Shown in pieces: positions 16,485 through 24,136 of a stretch of 64,000 nt of DNA. The DNA lies in the IMG/VR virus record IMGVR_UViG_3300002220_000406, positions 869 through 64,868 of that record, one strand, 5' to 3'. Within the stretch, counting starts at the first letter, position 1, and every line of letters begins with the position of its first letter. Made by a program: the position numbers and the translations under genes. Under the pieces are notes generated by a model. It saw only the letters and a program-made list of their open reading frames with translations, was not told the DNA's origin and made no database searches. The DNA comes from a virus. Its lineage: Duplodnaviria; Caudoviricetes.

Positions 16485-16641
16485 GAACTGGGTGGTGCGT
16501 GTATACGACAAAGAGGGTGAGGTCTGCCATTCGTGGCAGATACCTCACAGGGCTGAGGATGAGGCTAGGAGAGAGGCTGAGGCTGATATCCGGCACATAG
16601 ACTGCGATGACTGGGTAATGATCGCAATGGAGGCACAATGA
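16471..16641 (+). CDS. small acidic early protein (56 aa; not in the ORF track)
   Basis: GGAGG RBS; MPRTRNWVVRVYDKEGEV...AEDEARREAE. Confidence 0.65.
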   Translation: MPRTRNWVVRVYDKEGEVCHSWQIPHRAEDEARREAEADIRHIDCDDWVMIAMEAQ

Positions 16642-16958
16642 TGAAGACATACGAAATAGAGGTGACAAGGAAGGGCAAACTTACGCTGAGGGCTGAGTCA
16701 GAAGAAGCACTTAATGAGATTTTGTTTGAGTCGGATGACGATATCTTCGATAACTGCATTACTCGGACAGATTGGGAGCTTCTGAATATTTCCGATGCTC
16801 CGGAGACCAAACGATACAGGGTGTTGGCACGAGAGGTCTGGGCGTATTCGGTGGATGCGGTCAGTGAAGAGGAGGCCGCCTTTCTGGTCGATAACGAGGG
16901 CTATAAGCACAAGACCGAAATGCGTGGTTTTGAGATTGAGGATATCGAGGAGGTTTAG
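16638..16958 (+). CDS. tandem two-domain family A protein
   Basis: KTYEIEVTRKGKLTLRAESEEAL... and KRYRVLAREVWAYSVDAVSEEEAA... Confidence 0.75.
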   Translation: MMKTYEIEVTRKGKLTLRAESEEALNEILFESDDDIFDNCITRTDWELLNISDAPETKRYRVLAREVWAYSVDAVSEEEAAFLVDNEGYKHKTEMRGFEIEDIEEV

Positions 16959-16959
16959 G

Positions 16960-17142
16960 ATGAATAAGTACAAGGTGTCTTTGGTCAAGCGTTTTAAGGT
17001 GGTCGTGGAGGCAAAGGATAGGGCTGAGCTGGAAGAGATGCTATTTGAGTCAAGCGATGAGATCGCTACGGATGAATGTCTGGATTATACGGACTGGGAT
17101 GTAATAGCCGAGTGGGCAATCGCTGACGAGGAGGAGGTTTGA
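16960..17142 (+). CDS. family A small acidic protein (60 aa)
   Basis: MNKYKVSLVKRFKVVVEAKDRAEL; shares LFESxD..D.C...TDW with the preceding gene. Confidence 0.75.
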   Translation: MNKYKVSLVKRFKVVVEAKDRAELEEMLFESSDEIATDECLDYTDWDVIAEWAIADEEEV

Positions 17143-17143
17143 A

Positions 17144-17332
17144 ATGCTATCAACGGAATGGACAAGGGCTAGGATGCAACAAGAGGGCATTGAGCTGGTG
17201 GATGCGTGGTGCTTGCACCAGCCGGACGATGAGGTTTGCGAGTGGGTGGTGGTAGGCAGTCCGGATTGCAAATGCGGATGTAACAACGACCACATTCACT
17301 GTCAACACGGATATATCATAGAGGTTGGATAG
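17144..17332 (+). CDS. small Cys/His-rich early protein
   Basis: WCLHQP...CKCGCNNDHIHCQHG; GAGG RBS. Confidence 0.6.
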   Translation: MLSTEWTRARMQQEGIELVDAWCLHQPDDEVCEWVVVGSPDCKCGCNNDHIHCQHGYIIEVG

Positions 17333-17340
17333 GAGGAAAA

Positions 17341-17523
17341 ATGAAAACATACACAATTGAGTACAGTTTGATCTATACAATGACCCAAGAGGTTGAGGCT
17401 GAGAACGAAGAGGCTGCGATTGACGCAGTGGAGGATAATGCCGGTGCTGGCATCGAGCACGATGTGAGAGTTACTGGTTTCACAGTCATAGATGAGTATG
17501 GAGAGGAGGAAGAAGATGAATAA
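17341..17523 (+). CDS. family A small acidic protein
   Basis: MKTYTIEYSLIYTMTQEVEAENEEAAIDAV; AGGAGG RBS. Confidence 0.75.
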   Translation: MKTYTIEYSLIYTMTQEVEAENEEAAIDAVEDNAGAGIEHDVRVTGFTVIDEYGEEEEDE

Positions 17524-17743
17524 GTATGAGATGAAATTTGAGGATCTGGATGAGAAGCATTTTGTGGTTTATTTCGATTGCCACGCAGACAGTGAGGAAA
17601 CGATTCAAGAGTCGGGTTATGTGTCGATCAGACAGGACGATGCGGATAAATGCTTCTATGTAGTGTCTTTCGACCACGAAGGCAATGTCCTGTCGCAGAC
17701 GGCAGTTCCGATGGCAGTGAGGGAGGGCAGAGATGAAGAATAA
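17516..17743 (+). CDS. small acidic beta-rich early protein (75 aa)
   Basis: GAGGAGG RBS, ATG at 17516. Confidence 0.65.
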   Translation: MNKYEMKFEDLDEKHFVVYFDCHADSEETIQESGYVSIRQDDADKCFYVVSFDHEGNVLSQTAVPMAVREGRDEE

Positions 17744-17966
17744 CTGGCTATTTGAGCAAACGGCAATGGGCAACTTGGGGACACCTTTTTGGGTGTCCTC
17801 ACAAAAGCCCAAGGTAAAGGTGTACAGGGTCAGATGGCACGAGTGTGCCGAGGCGATCGTGGTGGCTACAGACCCAGAGTCGGCTATCGACAAAGCGGTG
17901 GATGCCCCGAATGTCCGGTTTGATGGACGCTGCAACTATGAGGTCGAGGAGGTGGTAGGTGAATAA
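17733..17966 (+). CDS. family A small protein
   Basis: KVYRVRWHECAEAIVVATDPESAIDKA. Confidence 0.7.
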   Translation: MKNNWLFEQTAMGNLGTPFWVSSQKPKVKVYRVRWHECAEAIVVATDPESAIDKAVDAPNVRFDGRCNYEVEEVVGE

Positions 17967-18150
17967 GTACAAAGTATGGACAGAAGAAGTGATTATCAAG
18001 TATTGGGAAGTCGAGGCTGAGAGTCCGGAGTGGGCAGAAGCCCACATCAAGTCACTGCACGAGTACGACCCCACAGGGGATATGGGCGAGACAGTGGACA
18101 GAGTCAACTTTCAGATACAGACTGTAGAGGAGGTGAACAATGAGCAGTGA
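17959..18150 (+). CDS. family A small acidic protein
   Basis: MNKYKVWTEEVIIKYWEVEAESPEWAEAH. Confidence 0.75.
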   Translation: MNKYKVWTEEVIIKYWEVEAESPEWAEAHIKSLHEYDPTGDMGETVDRVNFQIQTVEEVNNEQ

Positions 18151-18316
18151 GCAGTTAGAGGCGATTCGATGTGCCTATGCAGATCTATTAGGTGCATACC
18201 AAGCCTACGAGCAGTCAGATATGCTTGCACACGATTGGAAGGCACACAGGCTGACGCTAGATGAGATGTTGGAATTATTTTCGTTTCTAAAGGAGGAAAC
18301 AGATGTACAAAATTGA
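18140..18316 (+). CDS. conserved small phage early protein (58 aa; not in the ORF track)
   Basis: MSSEQLEAIRCAYADLLGAYQA...HDWKAH..TL; GGAGG RBS. Confidence 0.7.
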   Translation: MSSEQLEAIRCAYADLLGAYQAYEQSDMLAHDWKAHRLTLDEMLELFSFLKEETDVQN

Positions 18317-18605
18317 AATTGATTGGCAAGAGTTTTACTTCGACACTTTGGAGGAGGCTCAGAAGGTCGCAAGCAGACATTACGAGGTCTCGGGTCACAG
18401 GCTTGCTATCGACAAAGTGATTGGCGAAAAGAAAAAGTACAACAGGTACATATTCAGAGTCGAGCAGTATAGCAACTATCCTGTGGTGGCAGAGTCAGAG
18501 GAAGAGGCGTGGGAAATAATAGGCGAGGCAGACCTTTCGGAACTCTTGCCCGAAGAGATGGAGTGGAACATAGTAGATGTGATTGAGGAGGGAAGCAATG
18601 CCTAG
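18303..18605 (+). CDS. two-domain early protein with family A C-terminal domain
   Basis: FYFDTLEEAQKVA and RYIFRVEQYSNYPVVAESEEEAWEII. Confidence 0.75.
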   Translation: MYKIEIDWQEFYFDTLEEAQKVASRHYEVSGHRLAIDKVIGEKKKYNRYIFRVEQYSNYPVVAESEEEAWEIIGEADLSELLPEEMEWNIVDVIEEGSNA

Positions 18606-18783
18606 ATATTTATACAGGATAGACACGAAGACGATCTGGGAGGGCTGGATAGAGGCTGACTCTCAAGAAGAGGCTGAAAAGAGAGCGGAGTCCGGAGACT
18701 GGGATGAGACTTGGGATTGCGACATTGACTATGTTTTTTTGACCGAGCTGGTGAAGCTCGATAAGGAGGATGAGGATGAGTAA
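18598..18783 (+). CDS. family A small acidic protein
   Basis: MPRYLYRIDTKTIWEGWIEADSQEEAEKRA. Confidence 0.75.
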   Translation: MPRYLYRIDTKTIWEGWIEADSQEEAEKRAESGDWDETWDCDIDYVFLTELVKLDKEDEDE

Positions 18784-19090
18784 ACAATACGATGCGATAA
18801 CAAAAGCGTTTTTGAAGATGCGGTTTGCACAGGACGGGAATCATTACTGCTCAATGTGCGTGTACTGCGAGGGGATGGCAGAGAAATACCTTGAAGAGGT
18901 GAATCTCGAGGACGAGAAGCTATTCGAGGTCGAGTTTGATGAGGTCACACGGAAGACTGTGAAGGTGTCTGCCAAGACCGAGGAGGAGGCCTGTCAAAAG
19001 GTTGCCAACCGGCAACACGATGACTCCTCGACCTACTATCATATGCATGGCTATAGGATTGAAAATTTGCACGCTGAGGAGGCTGAATGA
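18770..19090 (+). CDS. early protein with Cys-rich N-terminus and family A C-terminal domain
   Basis: YCSMCVYC; LFEVEFDEVTRKTVKVSAKTEEEACQKV. Confidence 0.75.
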   Translation: MRMSKQYDAITKAFLKMRFAQDGNHYCSMCVYCEGMAEKYLEEVNLEDEKLFEVEFDEVTRKTVKVSAKTEEEACQKVANRQHDDSSTYYHMHGYRIENLHAEEAE

Positions 19091-19368
19091 TCTGTCCAAT
19101 GTGTGATTCGGATGCTGCGGAGGAATTAGGCACACTGGGCAATGCCATCCATTACCGGTGTCGAGCGTGCGGTATGATGAGTTTTAGTGAGGTTCCGATG
19201 TTTACGGATACCGAAGCACTGTACCTATGCCGGAAGGTGGCTGCGTCTAGGGGCGGTAGAGCGTCCAAGGGTGGTGGAAGGAGGAAGATACCAGACCACG
19301 AGCTGACGGATGCTCAGAGAAAGCGTAGAGAGCGTGACGCAAGACGCAAAAAGAGAACCGAGCTTTAA
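19087..19368 (+). CDS. zinc ribbon with basic, putative DNA-binding tail
   Basis: CPMC...GTLGNAIHYRCRACG; SRGGRASKGGGRRK; K/R-rich end. Confidence 0.7.
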   Translation: MICPMCDSDAAEELGTLGNAIHYRCRACGMMSFSEVPMFTDTEALYLCRKVAASRGGRASKGGGRRKIPDHELTDAQRKRRERDARRKKRTEL

Positions 19369-19382
19369 AGCTCGGTTCTTTT
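19351..19382. terminator. bidirectional terminator / perfect 26-bp palindrome
   Basis: AGAACCGAGCTTT|AAAGCTCGGTTCT (19354-19379), flanked by an A-tract and a T-tract, at a convergent gene junction. Confidence 0.8.
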
Positions 19383-19646
19383 ATGTTCGATTACTATTTC
19401 CAGCTTGTTCTCCAGTCTGGAGATCGCTTGGTCTATGTGAGTAAACTGAAGCTCAATCCGTTTCTCAAACTCTGAAAAGAAGTCTGCGTTGTGGTGGATC
19501 GCCAAATTATTCTCGTGGCGTTCCAGCCGTCTTTGAAGAACCCGAAAGTCATCAATGCTACGAGTCGCTTTAGCCTCGAGCCTGACCAGCCAGACTACAA
19601 GTCCGACTCCAGCGGTTATGATGGCAACGGCAGCGGGCTCGATCAC
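19365..19646 (-). CDS. holin/hemolysin-like membrane protein
   Basis: N-terminal TM (AAVAIITAGVGLVVWLV) plus coiled coil, coupled to the endolysin. Confidence 0.55.
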   Translation of the reverse strand: MIEPAAVAIITAGVGLVVWLVRLEAKATRSIDDFRVLQRRLERHENNLAIHHNADFFSEFEKRIELQFTHIDQAISRLENKLEIVIEHKRTEL

Positions 19647-20521
19647 GGCTTATTCATCCTCTCTCTGTGGGCGTTGTTGGCTGATTGGCGATACCAAAAC
19701 ACTGCCAACCCTACAAGGGCTAGGGATAGGCAGAGGTAGAGGACTTGTGATGGTGTTAGGCGGTTGACTTGAGTCTCAACCATTGCCCCAAGGTTGATGC
19801 CCAGACCGGCTATGCCGGTGAGTGCTGCCCCAACCTTGGTAAACATCGAGGGGGAGGGGTCTGGAGCCGATGGGAGGTTAGGTGTAGGAGGTGCATCGGC
19901 TCCAGACCGCGTCACTGACTCTTGGGCAGTGACGCTGACGGAAAGGATACGCATGAAGTGGTCGGCATGCCCAGCGATCAAGGCTGCGTGGTCAGTGCCG
20001 TTGATAACCCTTCTGGCGTTTCTAAAATCTATTTTGGACTCGTTGATGTAGTCATTTAACTTCTTCCCTGTAAACCATCCTTGAGTCGAGCCTAGTACCA
20101 GCACCGCAAATGCGATCTCGTGGTCACAGGCTTGCTCCGGAAAGACAAGGAGGTCAAAGTGCTGACCAGTCCGTTTTTCAAAAGAGCTGACAATGTCGGG
20201 GCATTGCTTTCTAAGCTCGAGGGTTGCCTTCTTGTAGTTGTAATCCCAAGTAAGCTGGACATACCCTCTGCCGTAATACTTCTTGCCGTTGACCGGCTTG
20301 CCGTACTTCCGGCCTTTGCCTTTGCCGATCTCCTCGATCGGTCTCATTGTCCTTGCAGTTTCATGATAAGTGGTCGCAAGAAGATATGCAAGTACGCTCG
20401 GTGACACTTGGTGACACTCTATGCTACTCAGTAACAGGTTAAGGGCATCGACCTGCTTCTGGTTCAGCCGGCCAAAGGCAGACTTATATCCCGCAAAAAA
20501 CTTCTCACGATCCACTATCAT
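19643..20521 (-). CDS. endolysin, GH19 (chitinase-like/lysozyme fold), with two C-terminal hydrophobic segments
   Basis: LAYLLATTYHET, YYGRGYVQLTWDYNY and ARRVINGTD motifs; C-terminal VGAALTGIAGLGINLGA and VLYLCLSLALVGLAVFWY. Confidence 0.85.
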   Translation of the reverse strand: MIVDREKFFAGYKSAFGRLNQKQVDALNLLLSSIECHQVSPSVLAYLLATTYHETARTMRPIEEIGKGKGRKYGKPVNGKKYYGRGYVQLTWDYNYKKATLELRKQCPDIVSSFEKRTGQHFDLLVFPEQACDHEIAFAVLVLGSTQGWFTGKKLNDYINESKIDFRNARRVINGTDHAALIAGHADHFMRILSVSVTAQESVTRSGADAPPTPNLPSAPDPSPSMFTKVGAALTGIAGLGINLGAMVETQVNRLTPSQVLYLCLSLALVGLAVFWYRQSANNAHRERMNKP

Positions 20522-20876
20522 TCTCCCATTTTACCATAATACCGCCTTTTCTTAAACTCTCGGGTAAAAACTCCAGTATCTTGAGCCAATCTGCCAATGA
20601 AACTGCGATCAGCGTGCCTTGGCGGTTCTTTTTGGAGGCTACCGCATTGATCTTTCCTTCTTGGGCTGGCATCTCAGCCAGTACCTTGTGGACATTGAGT
20701 GCCTCGACTGCCTTGCACTGGTAGACAAATGCTCCGGTGTTGGCAAGATCTTGCCCCAGCGGATCGAGTTCTGGTGCTGCGAGTCGGCTCGTTTTGATTC
20801 CGGGATGGGTATCCCTCAGTAGGTTCGCCATGTCCCTCTCGAACTGATGCCCTTTGCGTCTAGCAGCCTTACCCAT
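20505..20876 (-). CDS. Holliday junction resolvase (PD-(D/E)xK, Hjc-like)
   Basis: MGKAARRKGHQFERDMANLL...QDL...YQCK signature. Confidence 0.75.
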   Translation of the reverse strand: MGKAARRKGHQFERDMANLLRDTHPGIKTSRLAAPELDPLGQDLANTGAFVYQCKAVEALNVHKVLAEMPAQEGKINAVASKKNRQGTLIAVSLADWLKILEFLPESLRKGGIMVKWENDSGS

Positions 20877-21786
20877 TTCTTGCCTCCATCATTGCTGCAA
20901 ACAGGTCGGAGGATTGCTCGACTGCCTCTTGCGTCTCAAACGCCAGCCGGCTTCGTGGGTCAAACTTCGGCATGGCAACCCCAAGAGCCTCTCTTATGCG
21001 GTGGAAGTCGCATCCAGCACGGCAAAAGATTATTCCGCTTCCGTGGTTTAGTACCAGTGTGCGATTCGTGTCACCCCCGTGACAGATCCCTTTCGCACTG
21101 GACAATCCACCGCCCTCATCGTGATACCCCTCCACGGACATCATCCGCTCCCTCATCTCTGCAAACACTGCGTCCCATTCTGGTTTCTTCTCCGGCATAA
21201 CAGTAGCTCCAAATGCGTCAAGCATTTCCTCCTTGCTGAATTTAAATCTCGGGTTAAATGTGTGTAGCCTTACTGGGATGCGCATAAGCTGGCCATCCTC
21301 GTAGGATAAATGGTCGAATCCCGGCAGCCTCATTAGCCTGTTTGGATTTAGCAGTGCCGGGTCAGACTTGAAATGCTCAATCAGCCCAGTCTGCACCGCT
21401 TCAAAGTCTTCGGCAGTAAGCTCTTCCGAGGGCAGCCAATACGCATGCACCGACTTCTTGGTGACAACTCTGATGCACGGAGGCCACCATGCGTGGTCGT
21501 AGATGTCATGCTGCTCAATGATCGGCTTGTCATCTATCTCGCAGAACATTGCGTTGATTCTGGTGATTTCATCCTTCTTCGTGCCTCCCGAGTTTACAGT
21601 GAAGTACAGTCCTTTTGTCTCGTTGATGGTTTTAAGCACCCTCTGAAAAGATTCCGTACCAAACTGCTCGAGGTTTGTCCTTAGCTTCTGCGGCTTGTCG
21701 ATCTTGACTGCGTCTTTTGGCGATATCCCAAACAGGAAGATGTCATCCTCCGGCCGGAAGAACGCCTCTAAGAAATTGGCTCCCAT
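20869..21786 (-). CDS. RepB/AEP-like DNA primase
   Basis: LYFTVN..., FCEIDD, VVTKKSVHAYW, NPNRLMRLPGF; C-terminal CHGG...FCRAGC zinc motif. Confidence 0.75.
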   Translation of the reverse strand: MGANFLEAFFRPEDDIFLFGISPKDAVKIDKPQKLRTNLEQFGTESFQRVLKTINETKGLYFTVNSGGTKKDEITRINAMFCEIDDKPIIEQHDIYDHAWWPPCIRVVTKKSVHAYWLPSEELTAEDFEAVQTGLIEHFKSDPALLNPNRLMRLPGFDHLSYEDGQLMRIPVRLHTFNPRFKFSKEEMLDAFGATVMPEKKPEWDAVFAEMRERMMSVEGYHDEGGGLSSAKGICHGGDTNRTLVLNHGSGIIFCRAGCDFHRIREALGVAMPKFDPRSRLAFETQEAVEQSSDLFAAMMEARNG

Positions 21787-22673
21787 TGTTCCTCCCATGT
21801 GGTGTAAAACCTTTTATTTACTCGATTGAACTCAAATGTGGCCTCACCAAGTCTGCCGCACTCCATAAATCTTACCTTCTGAATGGACACGATCGACTTC
21901 TCCGGCTCTTGGCGAAAGTCCCTGTAGACCACAATCCCCATATCGGCCTTGTTTCTCCAGTTGGCAGACCCAGCGATGTCGTAAAGGGATGGCATGGCGT
22001 AGATCTTTCTCTGTACCACATCCCCCTCACCCAAACTCGGATTGATCTCCTTCATCTTGGTTGGGTGAGCAACCAGCCAGCCGTGAACATTGACTCTGCG
22101 GCAGAATCTGCGGAACAGAATCAGTATCCTTGAAATATAATCGGTCTCACTCATGCCCGGAGGCCGCTTATGCTCCAGCTCGTTGTATGGATCGAGAAGA
22201 AAACCATCGAATGGCCAGTCTTGATGTATCACCTCTGCCATGGAGAGGATGTACTCTATGTGAAACTCAGTCTCGTCTGGTGCGATGAATTGAAAATGCT
22301 TGTCCACAAAGATCGACTCGGAGACCAGCTCTTCCGGAGACATCGTGTTTCTCAACCTGTCATTCGCAAAAGCTCTGCCGCTGCCAATCTCTAAAAGATT
22401 TTCAAAGTGCCTTTCGAGGGGCTGGTTTTCGGGAGAACAAACCAAGAACCTCCACCCCGACCTCTTCGCCAAACTCACCATCACATTGTCCACAAATGTA
22501 GACTTGCCATGGCCGGGCATGCCGGTCACCACCGTCCATTGCCCACGCTTTACTAGATAGTACGGATCAAGCGCTGGCATGCCTGTGGACTCTCCCGGCT
22601 CCACTCCGTACACATAGTCTCTTTGAACTTTATCGGCAAGATCAATGCCTCTGTATTGCCCTTTTAACCTCAC
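21768..22673 (-). CDS. replicative helicase, T7 gp4/Twinkle (DnaB-like) type, without a primase domain
   Basis: VVTGMPGHGKSTF, FLLDPYNEL, WLVAHPTK, YDIAGSANWRNKAD and KVRF motifs. Confidence 0.9.
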   Translation of the reverse strand: MRLKGQYRGIDLADKVQRDYVYGVEPGESTGMPALDPYYLVKRGQWTVVTGMPGHGKSTFVDNVMVSLAKRSGWRFLVCSPENQPLERHFENLLEIGSGRAFANDRLRNTMSPEELVSESIFVDKHFQFIAPDETEFHIEYILSMAEVIHQDWPFDGFLLDPYNELEHKRPPGMSETDYISRILILFRRFCRRVNVHGWLVAHPTKMKEINPSLGEGDVVQRKIYAMPSLYDIAGSANWRNKADMGIVVYRDFRQEPEKSIVSIQKVRFMECGRLGEATFEFNRVNKRFYTTWEEQWEPIS

Positions 22674-22684
22674 TTGTCCTCCTT

Positions 22685-23410
22685 CTATCTGTACTTACGG
22701 TCTTTGCCTATATGTTTCAGCCTCAGCTGGTCGTACTCGTCTAGCACAGGCGGCTTGTTAAGCACGGTGCTGGGCGGATTGGCCAGCTCGAGGAACTTCT
22801 CGACCTGTTCCGCATCCCGAAACAGGATGCGGATGTCATCGTACTTTCTCGCACGGTCGTTCTGCCCCATGTGGAACGGCGAACGCTTCGCACCCTCGAA
22901 CACACGGCAAAGCTCGTCCGCCGAAAATTCTTTTAATCTTTGTGCGATGATCTTGGTACGCTTCTCATCTAACTTAGATTGAGGATGATCCAGTACAGTT
23001 CTCCAAGCATCGAAGATGCGCTGTATTTCTTCTCTTTCTTTTTCATTCATAGTTATATTTATATTAGGGTCACATTCTGTGACTCTCGAGAGTAACATTT
23101 TGTGACTCTCAGAGTAACATTCTGTGACTCCGGGGGTAACATCTTGAGTAACATTTTGTGACTCTCGAGGTAGGTCAAAAACCACCTCTTGGGTCAGTGG
23201 CACGAAGATCCTCCTCTCACGCCTTGACCGCTGCACGACTAACAATCCTTGAGATTCTAACTTCTGGATCCACCTAATGACTGTCATCCGACACACGCCA
23301 TACTTCTCGGCCAGTGCCGAGTTAGTTATCCACGCATAACCCTTCAGCCTCGAAAGGCGTTCAAGTTCTTCGTACAGTAGTTTTTGAGCGAGTGGAAGGC
23401 CTAGACCCAC
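22685..23410 (-). CDS. replication initiator (lambda O-like, N-terminal winged HTH)
   Basis: YAWITNSALAEKYGVCRMTVIRWIQKLESQGLL HTH; iterons inside the gene; upstream of the helicase. Start uncertain (GTG 23410). Confidence 0.75.
   Translation of the reverse strand: MGLGLPLAQKLLYEELERLSRLKGYAWITNSALAEKYGVCRMTVIRWIQKLESQGLLVVQRSRRERRIFVPLTQEVVFDLPRESQNVTQDVTPGVTECYSESHKMLLSRVTECDPNINITMNEKEREEIQRIFDAWRTVLDHPQSKLDEKRTKIIAQRLKEFSADELCRVFEGAKRSPFHMGQNDRARKYDDIRILFRDAEQVEKFLELANPPSTVLNKPPVLDEYDQLRLKHIGKDRKYR
23069..23169. repeat. iteron array, probable replication origin
   Basis: GT(A/C)ACATT(C/T)TGTGACTC at 23069, 23092, 23114 and 23148, a half copy at 23136, and an adjacent AT-rich stretch at 23041-23066. 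Confidence 0.85.
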
Positions 23411-23730
23411 TCCACAGTCGAACCGGTTCTGGTTATCGCTGACAAGACTGTCTGCAGGGCGCTGACCTCCTGTCGGTGCGCCTCTATCGCTGATCTCCAT
23501 ATCTTTTCCTCCGCCTCCAATGCTTCCTTCCTCGCAAAAAGCTCCGCAGTTTTCAGTTCAGCGTGAGCCGTCCGTAGCTTCTCCGTGCCCTCTCCTTGGG
23601 CGTAGGCTGCCGCAAAGGCCATTTTGTATTCCGGCCTTATAGCAGCAGTCGCACGCATGGCCTCCGCCCACACCTCGTGAGCCTCGGCAAGAGCCGCCAG
23701 TTTCTCTTCAATTTTATCTTGTATGTTCAT
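23401..23730 (-). CDS. helical hypothetical protein (109 aa)
   Basis: ORF packed in the replication operon; GEGTEKLR..HA motif. Confidence 0.7.
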   Translation of the reverse strand: MNIQDKIEEKLAALAEAHEVWAEAMRATAAIRPEYKMAFAAAYAQGEGTEKLRTAHAELKTAELFARKEALEAEEKIWRSAIEAHRQEVSALQTVLSAITRTGSTVEWV

Positions 23731-23966
23731 TAGTCGTCTGGGCCTCCTTCACCCTCCAGCTTTATGGGCTGGCCTTTGGTTTCTATCACGCAGTGTTGAA
23801 TCTGCATCCGTCTATGCCGATCCATTTCGGTTAAATCCTCACTGACCTCATTTATAAGCCTGTTCATTCTGGATGCCATGTACTGCAGCTCCTCCAGCGT
23901 TGAGTTCAGCATCTCTCTTAACTCTCTTGCTTTGTCCATGTATTCTCCTCCCCTCACTGATCGCAA
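23730..23966 (-). CDS. coiled-coil hypothetical protein
   Basis: GGGAGGAG RBS upstream of an internal ATG (MDKAREL); overlaps neighbours. Confidence 0.55.
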   Translation of the reverse strand: MRSVRGGEYMDKARELREMLNSTLEELQYMASRMNRLINEVSEDLTEMDRHRRMQIQHCVIETKGQPIKLEGEGGPDD

Positions 23967-24136
23967 GGGCTTCTTCTATCATCTTGTTGACGGTCACGGC
24001 TAGCAGCCGCATTCTTTCGTTTAAGTTGCTGTTCACAATACCTCCGGTTTACCTCTCTGAAGTGCAAATGCGATAAAACGCTGACCACGGCTACAAATAT
24101 CCACCATATTGTCCATAGTATTTGGCTTTCTGTCAT
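23954..24136 (-). CDS. small membrane protein (60 aa)
   Basis: TM segment ILWTIWWIFVAVVSVL. Confidence 0.5.
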   Translation of the reverse strand: MTESQILWTIWWIFVAVVSVLSHLHFREVNRRYCEQQLKRKNAAASRDRQQDDRRSPCDQ

